From: Rhizaria sp. SCN 62-66 | Lineage: Eukaryota | Direction: 5' to 3' | Assembly: GCA_001724265.1 (NCBI GenBank) | Contig: MEDY01000012.1 | Coordinates: 1 to 64,000, forward strand | Length of the DNA stretch: 64,000 nt | Shown here: positions 9,892-24,785 of the stretch, one piece after another | How positions within the stretch are numbered: the first letter of the stretch is position 1 | Layout: every line of letters begins with the position of its first letter | Notes under the pieces: model-generated | What the model was told of the DNA's origin: nothing | Databases searched by the model: none | Seen by the model: only the letters and a program-made list of their open reading frames with translations | Position numbers and translations under genes: made by a program

Positions 9892-12800
9892 ATGAAGAGT
9901 AAGTGACTGAGAGATACTGTGAGTGAATCAGTGTGTGAGTGATCAGCACGAGCGCGCACAGCAAGCACAACAGTTAACGCACCACAGCTGATGACATTGT
10001 TTTACATTTTAATCAGCAATAATAATCGGAATAAGAAATTTTAGAAAACAAAACGATCAAACGTGGCATCAAACACTGCGTTTGTCGGATACAAGAGGGC
10101 CACTTTGATGAAGGCCACTTTGATGACTTCGTAACAACAGTATACACTCTTACGCTCTCTTGCATTTGACCGTAATACAAATGTAATAGTACATAATACA
10201 CATAAATAAATTCTCGTTTCATTTATTATGCCCGTTATTTTTGACAATTTTCAGCAGATAAAAGTAAGGGGAATATATGTGTTGCAATGAAGCATGTATT
10301 GAGAAGAGTGTGCAAGCAACCGACAAGGAAATGCGTGACAAACAAAAGTAGCACTCGCGTTGTTTGTTATCGGAAAATAACGTCGCATATCGCACGCAGC
10401 TCCAGAGAGCAGCGCGCAACAGTGACTGTTGTTCAGTTACGACAAACACAAGTGCGTATGTGTGCGAATGGCAGAGTGAGAACAGAAAGGCCAAAAAAAA
10501 ACGGTTGCGCATTAAAGAGAAACAACGTTCTGTGAAAACAATAACGACAATAGAAACAAACGCGGGATTGATGCGTGCGCAGCGAGCAGGCTTGAGCTCA
10601 TTCATGGTTGCGGCTTGATGACATTGATCAAGCATCGATCCAGCTGAGTTTGTTGTGTCGTGATCACCATCATACGAGACGGAGCATTGATTCTTATGAT
10701 TAGTATCATCGTTATCATCGTCGTAGGAGAGAAGAGAAGAGAAGTGAGAGAAGCAAAATGACAAAATAAGATAACAAAAACAAAAACAAAAACTTGCTTA
10801 CACAGTGGAAGAGTCAACAATCGAGAGAAGACTGAACAAAAGAGCATTAGTGCGCTAGTGATCTTGCTTGTGTGTTGACGTTGATCTTGTGCTGTGTGCA
10901 TGCATGAGTACGTTGCGGTCTAGACCATGAGAGGACGAGAGAAATAACAACGTCATGAAGTAAACAGTAAACGAAAGCTCTAAGCTTTAAACTTGGAAGG
11001 TCGTTAATAAAATAAAACACCGGATTATGAGGCATTATTTGGTGTACTGTAATAAGAAAAACAAAACAACTTATATATCACTAGGAGTTCAAAAAGTTGT
11101 TTTGCTAAGACGCTACGAAACATAGCGATGTCATTCGTAGCAAGCGGCTGCAGTGTGCTGCGAGGTGAACTCGCAAGACATGCAGCCGATGCAGTGATGG
11201 CAAAACCTGTAGCTTTTCGGTGAAGAAAAAATAAAAGTTTAAAATAAAATGTTTGTTTGCAGAGACTCAGGTGCAAAACAAAATAGAGAAAACAGGTCGT
11301 AATAGAAGCAGAACAGCACGGAGATACAGCCAGTTACGTGATTACATTTTGACATTATCGACACCAAGAGCGGAGGTGTGGTAGCAGACAGCACACACAC
11401 AGACGCGCATACACAAAGAACGCGAGTGTTGTGGCGAGCGGCGCAGCGGCTTTGGAGTGAAACGAAAATGAACAGCGAAAATAGACGAGAGAAGAAAGAA
11501 AGAAGGAAACAACACAATGACGATTTTTTTACGGGTATACGGTCATGATATGGTAATATATACAAGTACAATGTAATATAACATATTTTTTTGTTTTGAA
11601 TTGGGAGTTTAAACTTTTTGTGGGTTATTGGTATGGTTTTTGATGTTGTTATTGATATGTGTACAAATTAAAACGTTAAAACAGGTCCAACACATAAAAA
11701 GAGAGACGTTCTATCGCGGTCACTCTGAATTGACGCCGTCAAAGGCGTATGATAAACAAAGCAACAGAGGAACGACTCTCGGTGTGGCAAGTTACAATGT
11801 TAAGTGAACAACACAGTGCGCCACTGATTTGTGGCTGCACGAGAGAATAAAGGGGAGAAAAAATAGCAAGGAGCAGTAACAGTAGCAGCAGCAACAGCAG
11901 CAGCAGCACAGCAACGACTCACAGTCATCACAACAGAGCAGAGTGTGAGAGAGCGCGCGCGCGCATGAAATGCGTACGTACTGTACGTACACTGTAGACA
12001 ATTGAAGAAACAAACGTTCATGATGATTGAAACCAAGGGCGAAATCATAATGAGAAAAACGATTATAATACTGACTAAACATAGATTATTATTTTGTGTG
12101 GCAAGCAAAAGAAAGAGGAAACTTGAACAAACAGTTGTGAAGAATCAAAAGAAGAAGAAAAAGAAGTAGGACTTGCATCATATCGCTCTGTGCGATAAAT
12201 AAGCATTAAAACATAAAAATACAATAAAAACAAACAAAAATTGAGTTTGCGCGTGTGTGTGCGAGTGCAGCAATAAGGCTACTCACGACGACGACGAGCT
12301 TTGACGTTCTCTCACCAAAAAACACTGATATTGTTGATACATGTAGTTATTAATGACCGTTAGGGGGCAATCAAAATGGTTATTGGCGCTGAATGTGTGC
12401 GGTTTGATGACAGTAAAAGTGAGCATGAACACAAAGTATACAAGCTCGCTCGTCAAATGTAAGACAGAAACAGGCAGAGGGGGGAATACGAAGAAAAAAG
12501 ACAATCGAAACAGAGATAGCATAGCAACGAACGAACAGTGAAGCGAGGAAATAGCCACATCAACGTCGATGAAAAGAGAGCAAACACAGACGGAGTGGTA
12601 AACATAACTTCGAGCAGTAGTATGCGTGGTGCGTGTGCGTACTTAAAGCAAAATAAACTGGGACAATAAACAGAAGAAAAAAAAAAGGGTAAACAAGTCG
12701 CAAATAATACAGAGCAAGCACCACATCAGTCGATTTGGATCTGAGGGTGGTGTGCACGTGCGCGCCCTGGGTCAAGTGCGCGCATAATTGAGATTGTGAG

Positions 12801-13341
12801 TGTAGTCGCGTGTGTGATTGACAAGGACTGCCAGTGACATAGCGGCATGACGCGTTGGACGAACTATGGTCAAAAGTATAACGAGTTGGCCAAGCGGTCC
12901 CCCATGCCAGCGACGGAAAGCGCGGCAGTGATAGGTGGCGGAGATACACTGGGAGTACAAATACTTGTTTGAGGCCAAATGTCACATCCACGACAGTAGC
13001 AATAACAGCATCACGAGTAATAAAGCAACGAAATTTGACGTGTCTTCGACACAAGCACTCGAAGTCAAAAGCTGGTAGTCGCAGAATAGGCGAAGCAGCT
13101 CCGCAAACAGTGCAAAAGATGCCGGGACGAGTCAAGAGGGCTAAATCAACTCAGGTATAACAAGAGAAAAGAGTTTAGTGCGCGGTAGTAGAATGAGAAA
13201 AAATTGTTATGACGAAAATGCTGAACGAGAGAGAGACCGATGAAATAAACGGTGGTCTTCGCGCAAAGCACAATGTTGGATCAACCGCAGAGCACGCCCC
13301 TCACAACTCTACTCTTCCCTTGACTGCGTTACACTGTACAA

Positions 13342-15792
<2,451 letters not shown>

Positions 15793-16321
15793 GGTGAGAT
15801 GTCGGAGAGAAGAAACGTGCCTGTCGGGGCGTTGTGGGCAGAGAAACAGAAGCGGAAATAGGGTCAAGGAGGAAGCAGGGTGAGCAGGGGCAAGTTTGGC
15901 TGGACGTGATTAAAGCGCTCGGGAAGGTCTGTTAAGGGTCTGTCTTTGAAGCGAAAGTTGGCACGATACTGCGGCGCAAAGACGTTTGTGCACAAGTGCA
16001 ACGTCGTAAAATGTGTGTGCTCAAGACATGGGTAATGCGCTGGACGGCTGCAGACGCGGACGAGGGGACCAAAAGAGGGAATGCATGCCGGATCAGAACG
16101 AGCAAAAGCCCATCCTAGAGTTGCCTTTCAAACTCTGTCCTGTTTGGTCCCCAAAGCGAACACTCGCCACATCGGAGTTTAAACCAAAACATAAAATCAC
16201 AAATAATTCCACAAAGTAAAGCTTACACCGCCCCTCGTCGGACGTAGCGCGCCCGTGGTACTAGCAAAGGAGTGTTGGACGAGGGGGCGAGCCAGTCACT
16301 GGTCAGCCAGCTGCTTGCAGC

Positions 16322-16363
16322 TTTGCAGGCTCCGTCGCCAGTTTTGCAGGCTCCGTCGCCAGT
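16322..16363. repeat. Perfect 21-bp tandem duplication TTTGCAGGCTCCGTCGCCAGT in the divergent intergenic region
   Basis: Two adjacent identical copies, 16322-16342 and 16343-16363. Confidence 0.95.
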
Positions 16364-16775
16364 GACGCGTTTGTGGTCAGTCCGCCTCCGACCCACGGTC
16401 CCTCTCCGCCAGCTCGCCAGTCAGCCAACTGACTGTGAGCTCCGACTGGCTGGGCGGTGGGCCTAAGGGGCACGCGAGAGTGCAATCGAGAGGAGATGAG
16501 AGAGGTGGCCAAAGGGCAATCAAGGAATTAGATGTTACGCGTGACAATCCGTTGGTAAAGTTTTGTTTCCGGGTTTTATGGGTCAATCAGCGTCTTTTCT
16601 ATTTTTCCCTTTATTTCTTTTCTGCAGTTCGCGAAATATGGCGTGCTTTCTGCTGCCGCGTGCCGTCGACGCGCGTGCCCGTTGGACGCTCATATCTTTC
16701 TTGCTTTGTTAGCTCTCTCCTTCTTTCCTCTGACTCACAACATCCGTCTTTCTATTTTTATTACGTTTACTGCAG

Positions 16776-18185
16776 ATGTCTGACGCTCTCCTTGCCCGTC
16801 TTGAGGCCGCTGTTGCCCGTCTCGAGAAGATTGGCGGCTCCGCTGGTGCCTGCTCTGGCTCCGGCTCCGACGATGCTGATATCAGCCCCCGGGCCGCTGC
16901 CGCCATCGCTGACTTCGACGCCATCGTCTCCGGCCCTCTCGCCGGCTTTGTTGCTGCCGCCAACGCGTACCCCGACCTTAAGACCGTCGCTGAGCTCGCT
17001 CAGGCCGGCTTCTCCAACCAGGCCGCCCTCCTCAAGGCTGCTGCTGTCTCCAAGAAGCCCTCTGACGCCGACCTCCTCGCGTTCCTCAAGCCCTCCGCTG
17101 ACGCCATCTCTAAGTCGGACAACATGAACTACAAGTCCGAGCAGTACGTCTTCCAGCAGGCCTTCAACGCCGGCGTCCCCGCGCTGTCGTGGCCCTTCGC
17201 GCTCCCCGCGCACACCCACGTCGAGACCTACCGCGACGCCGCCGAGATGTACCTCAACAAGATCCTCGTCAAGGCCAAGGACGCCGCTGAGGACGAGAAG
17301 TCCAAGGCCCGCGCTTACGTCGCCGCCCTCCGCGCGCTCCTCAACGCCCTCTTCGACGCCACCAAGGCCCACTGCAAGGCCGGCATCAACTGGAACCCCA
17401 AGGGCGCCGCCCTTGGCTCTGCCCCCGCCGCCACCGCTGCCAAGCCCGCTGCTGCTGCGGCTGCCCCCGCCGCTGCTGCCCCCGCTGCCGGTGCGAAGCC
17501 CGCCGTGGCCGGCCTCGGTGCCGTGTTCGGCGAGATCAGCAAGGGCCTGGCCGTGACCTCCGGCCTCCGCAAGGTCACCGCTGACATGAAGACCAAGAAC
17601 CGTGACCCTAACGACGTGGCCCCCATCGTGGCCCCCCCCGCGGCCCCGCTCAAGCCCAGCGCGCCCGAGCACGGCGCCAAGGTGCCCGCCGTGGTCAAGC
17701 CTCCCGTGCTGGAGAACAAGAACAGCACCTGGTACTGCGAGAACTACGTGGACGACCGCAACCTCGAGATCAAGGACGTCTCGATGCGCGACAACGTCTT
17801 CATCGGCAACTGCCGCAACACCACCGTGCGCATCACCGGCAAGGCCAAGTCCGTGCAGATCGACCGCGGCTTCCGCACGACGGTGTACCTCGCGAGCGCG
17901 CTGTCTTCGGTCGAGTTCGTGAACTCCGACCGCTGCGTCGTCTACGTCGAGGGCTCCGTCCCCACCATCGCCATCGATAAGTCCAAGGGCATCATCGTCA
18001 ACCTCTCCGAGTCGGCGGTCGCGGCCAACCCGGACATCGTCACGAGCAACATCTCCGAGTGCAACGTCCAGATCCCCGGCGACGCGAGCAAGGACGAGGA
18101 CCTGTGCGAGATCGCCATCCCCGAGCAGTACATCAACAAGCTCAACGGCCGCAAGATCACCTCCAACCCCGTCTCCCACGGCTAA
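16776..18185 (+). CDS. CAP: Adenylyl cyclase-associated protein (CAP/Srv2), actin monomer-binding
   Basis: N-terminal LLARLEAAVARLE motif, helical folded domain, WH2-like AVFGEISKGLAVTSGLRKV, and C-terminal CARP beta-helix (PTIAIDKS, IVTSNISECNV, EIAIPEQY). Ends at SHG-TAA, the expected C-terminus. Confidence 0.95.
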   Translation: MSDALLARLEAAVARLEKIGGSAGACSGSGSDDADISPRAAAAIADFDAIVSGPLAGFVAAANAYPDLKTVAELAQAGFSNQAALLKAAAVSKKPSDADLLAFLKPSADAISKSDNMNYKSEQYVFQQAFNAGVPALSWPFALPAHTHVETYRDAAEMYLNKILVKAKDAAEDEKSKARAYVAALRALLNALFDATKAHCKAGINWNPKGAALGSAPAATAAKPAAAAAAPAAAAPAAGAKPAVAGLGAVFGEISKGLAVTSGLRKVTADMKTKNRDPNDVAPIVAPPAAPLKPSAPEHGAKVPAVVKPPVLENKNSTWYCENYVDDRNLEIKDVSMRDNVFIGNCRNTTVRITGKAKSVQIDRGFRTTVYLASALSSVEFVNSDRCVVYVEGSVPTIAIDKSKGIIVNLSESAVAANPDIVTSNISECNVQIPGDASKDEDLCEIAIPEQYINKLNGRKITSNPVSHG

Positions 18186-19164
18186 GCGAAGCGCTGCAAT
18201 GTACGGCACTTTGTCGACGCTTCAAGCAATAATCAATAACAACTGTTGTTGACCTCCTGAGAGACTGAATTATGTTGAGAGAGAGAGGATGGGCGTGGGT
18301 GGAGAGCTTATTGCTTTTTGCCTCTTTTGAGTTGTTTTCAGTCGGACTTCTTTATATCATGTACATACAAAATTACCACGTTTTTATTCATGCTTGGGCT
18401 GTTTTACTGCTTTAGTGCTGCTTGGATGAGTGGCCGAAGACGTACTTTCAAGCATATCACGTGTTATATGTTATTAAGCAGTCATAAACTTGCGATATAA
18501 TATAAAAATTAATATACTACATCAATATAACTGTTTTTCAATTCTGATGACGCCTATATTAAAGAGATAACCTCAAGGATGATGTGATCTAAAAGGCGTT
18601 GGCGCCAAAATCTCGCATAATAATAGTGAACAAAACTAACCCCAACAAAAGCAAACAATTTTTTGTGTTGTAATTTATTTTTACATAAAAATATCCCCCC
18701 CCAGTATTGAAACAAAATTCAACAGAGATTCTTAACTTGTTGATAAGCCCTACATATTAAAGCAAAATCCTATCAATTCGCTTGCACAGAGTTCGAAACT
18801 TAAAGGGCTATGTATGATGACAGCGGAACAGATGTTAACGCAATCTAACAATTTTAGGGGAATCAAAAGAAAAGATTAAGCGCGGGAACTATAGCAACAC
18901 ACAGAAGAACACATACTTCAAAAAGAACTATTTACACTTGAAACTAAGTTTGACGGAATGAAACACAGAAACAAGAGACAAAGCACTTCAACGTAAGCTT
19001 GTTTACGGAGCACCTCCTCTTTGGAAAAAAATATTTTCTTGACTACTACTGAGCAAATCCATATACCGGCCTTGGTTTTATCGTGTCTCTTTCTTTTTTA
19101 ATGAGTTTTAACTACGTTGATTAGGCCAGATATAAGATCCTCACTCCCATCGTACTGCATGAGA

Positions 19165-21450
19165 TCAGATGTCGTCCTCGGGCTCGCGCCGCTCGCCCGC
19201 GCGGACGCGCCGTGTGCAGGGCTCGCAGGCGCAAAACACCCGGTACATCTTGGTCCCACACGAGGCGTTTTCCCAGCGCGCGGCCTCGAGCGCGCTAAGG
19301 ATCGACGCGTTGCACGTAGGGCAGCGCACGGCGTCGCCGACGATGCGCTCGAGCCACGCGTCGATGCACGCGGCGTGGAACGCGTGGCCGCAGGGGAGCG
19401 GCTTGACATCCCCGCCCGTCGTGAAGTCGTCCAGGCACACGGTGCACGAGTCGTTGTGGATGTGCGCGTGCGTGGGGAGCCGCGCCGCCGTGACCAGCCC
19501 GCCGCCAGCGGTGTTGCCCGCGGCACCGTTACTGCCGCCGCCGCCGCCGTCGTTGATCGAGCCAGAGCCGCTGACGGCGTTGCTGTTGCTGTCCGAGGCG
19601 GGGCCGCAGGTCTTGGTCCCCGGTGCCACGGTCACGCAGGTCACCACGCGACGCACCTCCCCGGCCGCGGCCGAGGCCGCGATTGCTGCGGCGGCGGCGG
19701 CGTCGGAGGGCGCGGCGGCGGAGCGCGGTGACAGCAGCGACATCTCGATCCCGTCGGCCTCGCCCGCTGCGCTAATGAGCGCGTCGCCGGCCGACGCGGC
19801 GCGGCCCGCGCCCCCCAGGCCGAGAGTGGAGCCCGCGTCGCTGGTTCTATGGCCCGCGCGCGCGCCCGCGCTCAACGCCGCGGCAGTCGCCGTATCGTCC
19901 GCGGCCGCAGACGCTGAAGGCGCGGAGTAGGAGGAGAGGCTGCCGCCGAGGGTGAAGCCGCCGCCTGTGGGGAAGGACGACGTCGCGCCAATGCTGCCGT
20001 ACCCAGCGCCCGCGCTGGGGCCAGCACCAGCAGCAGCGGCGCTCGCACTAGAGCTCGAGCTCGAGCCAGAGCCGGAGCGAGCGCTACTACCGCTGTTTGA
20101 GCGCGCGCCGAGGGCCGGGTTGGCGACAGCCTCGGCGCTCTGGACGTTTGTGTTAGGCCCGCGGCAGAGCAGGCGTAGACTGCCTCCGGGCTCAACGACG
20201 TACGTGTCGTCGGTGACCACGGCGGGCGCGCCCTTGCGCATCGCGGGGTCGTACTGCAGGCGCGCCGAGGGCGGGACGTAGACGGCCGTGGACAGCGCGC
20301 GGCCCACGTCGACGGCCTGCTCGCGGAGGATGCGGCGCGCGCACACGCGGCGCATCATCATGCCCGCAAAGTAGAGACAGAAGAAGAGTGGGAACACGAT
20401 CATGGCGATGATGATGTACTCGAGCACCTCGGGCACCGGGCTCACGCTCACTTCGCCCGCGGACGACACTTCCAGGGAGACGCCGACCGCGGTTTCGCCG
20501 TCCATCGGGGTGTACCCGGTCAAAGCGGCGATAACTCTACCCACGGCCGCAGCAGCGGCGGACGGCAGCCGCCGTTGCCCGCGCCTAGGCGGAGGTGGAG
20601 GCGCGGCGCTCGTGTCTGGGCTGTGGTGAGGGCTGTGGGCGAAGGGCTCGGCTGACTCGTAGGACGCCATCGAGGCCGCGAGCGCGCGTGCCGCGGATTC
20701 CGCCTGCGCTGGGGAGGAACCGCCGACGTCGGTGATGTAGTCGCGCGAGGCCTCAAGCGCGAGGGAGCGCAGGACGGCGCCGCGGGACATGAGCGGGGGA
20801 CGAGGTGGACGCGGCGGCGGCGGAGGAGGAGACTTGTCGTTAGAATCCGACTCGGAGGCAGGGTCGTGGTTGTTGCTGAGCTTGCTGTAGTTCGAGGGCG
20901 TAAGAACTTGGTCAGGCTCTGTCAAGGACTGAGTTTCCGTGAGGTTGAAGAGCGTGAGGATGCCGTTGAACGCCGTGTAGCGAATGAGCACAGTCTTGAC
21001 GGTCACTGCGTCGGGGTTGACATCATCTGGGTACGACATGGAGAACAAATAGTCCTCGTTGTTGCCCACGACAACGGCCGTGGCGCCGAGCGTCTGCGCG
21101 AGCTTGGCCTTGAAGAAGAAGTTGCACTCGCCGCGGCGCACGAGCACGATCTTGTCCGCGAGGGTGTCGTTGTAGAAGTCGGTGGCCGTTTTCTCATCTT
21201 CGCAGAGCAGCGTGGTGGCGAAGGCCGGGAGCCCGGTGACGTTAAGTTCGGCTGACTGCGGGCCGAAGAGCGCAGTGACTTGGGAGACGGGGAAACCGCC
21301 TTCGGTCGTCGTGACAAACAGAGCCAGCGACGGGATCGGCAGGCAGGACAGCATCAGGACAACGGATAGTGAGAGCGAGAGCAGCAGTAGCGCGGCACGG
21401 GAAGACGCTGCTGTGCGCGACAGCGGCGCGGGGGAGGAACGCTGCAGCAT
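19165..21450 (-). CDS. PA-TM-RING-H2 E3 ubiquitin ligase (RNF13/RMR-like architecture)
   Basis: Hydrophobic signal peptide, PA domain (KIVLVRRGECNFFFKAKLAQTLGATAVVVGN), TM helix (YIIIAMIVFPLFFCLYFAGMM), RING-H2 CTVCLDDF...LPCGHAFHAACIDAWL...CPTC. Stop TGA. Confidence 0.9.
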   Translation of the reverse strand: MLQRSSPAPLSRTAASSRAALLLLSLSLSVVLMLSCLPIPSLALFVTTTEGGFPVSQVTALFGPQSAELNVTGLPAFATTLLCEDEKTATDFYNDTLADKIVLVRRGECNFFFKAKLAQTLGATAVVVGNNEDYLFSMSYPDDVNPDAVTVKTVLIRYTAFNGILTLFNLTETQSLTEPDQVLTPSNYSKLSNNHDPASESDSNDKSPPPPPPRPPRPPLMSRGAVLRSLALEASRDYITDVGGSSPAQAESAARALAASMASYESAEPFAHSPHHSPDTSAAPPPPPRRGQRRLPSAAAAAVGRVIAALTGYTPMDGETAVGVSLEVSSAGEVSVSPVPEVLEYIIIAMIVFPLFFCLYFAGMMMRRVCARRILREQAVDVGRALSTAVYVPPSARLQYDPAMRKGAPAVVTDDTYVVEPGGSLRLLCRGPNTNVQSAEAVANPALGARSNSGSSARSGSGSSSSSSASAAAAGAGPSAGAGYGSIGATSSFPTGGGFTLGGSLSSYSAPSASAAADDTATAAALSAGARAGHRTSDAGSTLGLGGAGRAASAGDALISAAGEADGIEMSLLSPRSAAAPSDAAAAAAIAASAAAGEVRRVVTCVTVAPGTKTCGPASDSNSNAVSGSGSINDGGGGGSNGAAGNTAGGGLVTAARLPTHAHIHNDSCTVCLDDFTTGGDVKPLPCGHAFHAACIDAWLERIVGDAVRCPTCNASILSALEAARWENASCGTKMYRVFCACEPCTRRVRAGERREPEDDI

Positions 21451-22149
21451 AGGACGGGTGGCAGATAGCAAAGACGTGCCGGAGAAAGTTGCAACAACGT
21501 GAAGCCCAGGGGCTTGCGACGAGGGGAGGAGTTTGGTGTCGAGCAAACGACGTGGCTTTGTCTCAACGAAGACGAGGCTCTACCCTACTGAATGCCACCA
21601 ACAGAAATAATGAGAAAATAAATTGATAAAATGTTAGGTTTACTATGCTAAAACAATGTTTTTTCAGAGGTTGAGATGAAGAGTCTGGAGATGTGACACA
21701 AAACAGTCAAAAGGTCCTAACACTCAAAACGCCACTCGTTGTACCAATTTTCGAGTAGCATAGCAAATGCAGGACACGTTTTCTGGGTTTGGCATCGTGC
21801 ATTCAGAATAAAAAACAGGTCAACGTAGCGCAGAAATGTCTTGTACGGCCTAAAGCACGGACGCAGATGTGGGAAGCGATGCAGATACTGATGCCCTCCT
21901 CCTTGCCCAAGAGTGGGGTCGGGCTAGGAATCGTTTGTGGTCGACGGCGGACGAGGCTTTCGCGCCAAACACAGACCTCGAGAAACTGTCTATTGTGACA
22001 TATATCAACTGTATGTAGAAATGTTATCGGTCTCTATCGATAACAAAGCTGATTTAGTTTTCAAATTTTAATTTACCATTTCTGAAAGACGAATTATACG
22101 CTTATAACCGACCTTTTGTTCACATGATTTTGCGACGTGAGCGCAGTAG

Positions 22150-24138
22150 ATGGCTGATAGTTCCGCCTCCGCCTACGTCGAGGACGTGAGCGATGACGAG
22201 ACCCAGAAGAAGACTCCTAAGGTCTCCTTGACCCCCGTTGTGACGCTGCCGATTGACGGTGTCGTGCCGTCTGACCCCGAGACGGAGCGCCTGGTGAAGG
22301 AGGAGCAGGAGCGCGAGCGCATTCGCGAGCTCACCAACTTCGGCCTCGACGACATCCCTGCGCAGATCATCAAGGCTGAGGAGCTTTCGCGCGACAAGCA
22401 AGACTACACAGCCTCGCTGCACATTCTTGCGCACGCTATGAAGCTCACCCGCGCCGAATACGGCGAGTTCTCTGTCGAGATGTCGATCCTGAACCGCGAC
22501 TACGGCCTGGTCCTCTTCGAGCTGGGCCGGCTCTCCGCCAATGAGTTCAACGGCGGCGACGACGACGCCGCACAGCAGCAGCAGGCGCAGGCCGCGGCTC
22601 CTGTGTCCATGCACCCCGCAGACCTTGCCGATGCCGCCGCGATTGCCAAGGCCACTCGCGAGGCCGAGGAGGCCGAGGCCGCCGCAGCCGCTACCGCCGC
22701 CGCCGCCGCCGCGCCCGCAGCGGCCGAAGCCGAGACCCCTGCTGCTGCCGATGCCGCTGCTGAGGGCGACGCCGAGGGCGAGGCCGAGGCCGTGCCCGCG
22801 AGCGAGGAGGCGGGCTCCGGCGCCGCGCTGAGCGACCTGGAGATCTGCCGCGAGAATCTCTGGATCGGCGGCTTCATCCTCGAGGCGCACCTGCGCCGGT
22901 TGCGTGGCCAGCCGCTGCTGACGACTCCCGACTACCGCACGCGCGGCCAGGGCACGACGGCCTTTGTGGCCGCCGCCGAGGCCGCCGCGGCCGCCGCCGC
23001 CGCCGCGGGGACCGTGGTGCCGACCGACAAGCTCGAGACGGACGACGGGGGCGAGCCGGTGACGGCGGTGCTCGAATCGGGCGCCATCGTCCCGGAGCCG
23101 CGCGCGCCGTGGGTGCTGGCCAAGGCGCTGCCCGACTTCGAGAGCCACCTGGCGGACGTATACGAGTCGCTGGGCACGACGAGCATGGAGTTGGAGGCGT
23201 GGGACGAGGCGCTGTCAAGTCTGGAGAGGTCGCGCGAGATCCGCGAAAGCTGGGGCTCGTCGCTCGAGGAGACGGGCGCGCGCGGGCTCGCCTCGAGCCA
23301 CAACCAGCTGATGATGTACTACACGCACCAGATGCAGCCGCAGCGCGCGACGAAGCACGCCGAGGCGGCGGCGAACCTGCTTGTGTACCGCTGCTACAAG
23401 ATGGCGCATCGTCTGCTCGAGGCCGACTCCACGCCCGAGGGCTTCGCGGCCGAGCAGGCGCTCACGGCGACGCTGGCCGAGACGGGTTACGTGCTGCCCA
23501 CCAACGCCAGCCTTGATTCGCTGGTTGCGCCGCCCGAGCTGGGCACTAAGGTGCTCGAGGGCATCGAGCGCGCGCTCAACAAGACCTCGCCGACACTGCG
23601 GCAGTCGGCGCGCTTCCGCACCCAGGTGGGGCTGATCAAGGAGCTGCTGCAGGTGCGGCGCGAGCTCATGGAGCGTTGGGAGACGCTGCAGGACGAGATC
23701 AAGGCCGGCGTGACCGACAACCAGGGCGCGCAGGAGGTCAAGAAGATGGTCCGCGAAACCATCGGCATTAGCTCAGAGGGCAACAGCGGCGCGAACAGCA
23801 CCAACGGGGCCAACGCTGGGTTCAGCAACAACCCTGCGGCTGCGGCTGCGGCGGCTGCGGCGGCCGGGGGCGACGCCGCGGCCCATGCGGCGGCGCCCGT
23901 AGTGCTTGTCGCGGTCAGCAAGAAGAAGCGCCCCGTCGCTCCTACCGCTGCTGACGCGACTGCCGCTGCCCCTGCTGCCGCTGCTCCTGCTGCTGCTCCC
24001 GCTGCTGAGTCCAAGACTGAGACCGCGGCCGTTGAGAACGAGGCTGTGACTCAGGACGCGAAGCGCGCGCGCACTGCGGGCGAGGACGGCGCTGCTGCTG
24101 CTGAGGCCGCTGCTGCCGGGGCTGACGTCTCTCTGTGA
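22150..24138 (+). CDS. NASP: NASP/Sim3/Hif1-family SHNi-TPR histone chaperone
   Basis: TPR1 (YGEFSVEM...YGLVLFELGR), acidic interruption, SDLEICRENL, LADVYESLGTTSMELEAWDEALSSL and RGLASSHNQL; C-terminal basic NLS-like KKKRP/KRAR. Stop TGA. Confidence 0.8.
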   Translation: MADSSASAYVEDVSDDETQKKTPKVSLTPVVTLPIDGVVPSDPETERLVKEEQERERIRELTNFGLDDIPAQIIKAEELSRDKQDYTASLHILAHAMKLTRAEYGEFSVEMSILNRDYGLVLFELGRLSANEFNGGDDDAAQQQQAQAAAPVSMHPADLADAAAIAKATREAEEAEAAAAATAAAAAAPAAAEAETPAAADAAAEGDAEGEAEAVPASEEAGSGAALSDLEICRENLWIGGFILEAHLRRLRGQPLLTTPDYRTRGQGTTAFVAAAEAAAAAAAAAGTVVPTDKLETDDGGEPVTAVLESGAIVPEPRAPWVLAKALPDFESHLADVYESLGTTSMELEAWDEALSSLERSREIRESWGSSLEETGARGLASSHNQLMMYYTHQMQPQRATKHAEAAANLLVYRCYKMAHRLLEADSTPEGFAAEQALTATLAETGYVLPTNASLDSLVAPPELGTKVLEGIERALNKTSPTLRQSARFRTQVGLIKELLQVRRELMERWETLQDEIKAGVTDNQGAQEVKKMVRETIGISSEGNSGANSTNGANAGFSNNPAAAAAAAAAAGGDAAAHAAAPVVLVAVSKKKRPVAPTAADATAAAPAAAAPAAAPAAESKTETAAVENEAVTQDAKRARTAGEDGAAAAEAAAAGADVSL

Positions 24139-24785
24139 GCTCAAATCGTGTGATGCAGTTTATGCTGTGCAGTATGTTCGTGTACAGTAGAAAAAAACAC
24201 GTAACACTGCGCTTAAGATCTCCAAGCTCACAATAAGGGCCATGGCTTAATGCGCAGTTATATCAATATTCTAATTTCAGTACATATTGTTTCTATCTTT
24301 ACTAGGAATACATACAAATCTAAATCCGGTTACATCAACATTTTTGTGATAACACATGCAGTACGCTCATGAATTGGGGCTTTTGACACTAAAAAAGAGT
24401 GTATTTGTTTTTGTTTTTGTTTCAGTTGTGATTGAGTTACTCCGAAGATCATTGGTTTCACGTGATGATGAACTTTAATCAAACTTAAAACTTTGGGAAA
24501 AAACTTTACATGAAGCGTCATTCAGGCGAACGAATACGCAGTCATATTTTGTCGTGCTTTGTAGAAAATGTTGATCGAAACAAACAAATAAACAAAATAA
24601 AAAGGGAATATGTTGTTTAAATATACTACTCATAATATACCTACGAAATACCAAAATTGTGTTATTATCCTTCTTCTCTTATCACATCCACCGTCACTTC
24701 TTTTTCTTTAACACTGTTCAGTTCACAGTCATATCGCAGGACTAACCACGAATGCTCACAGCAGACACACTCCAGCGACGCGCGC

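Noticed and set aside
10098-10126. Duplicated GGCCACTTTGATGA containing a C-box-like TGATGA (possible snoRNA)
   Set aside because: No convincing D box or terminal stem identified; it looks like a local tandem duplication.
10013-13160. Short ORFs in the AT-rich block
   Set aside because: Phe/Leu/Cys- or Lys-rich translations of simple sequence, without the codon bias of real genes here.
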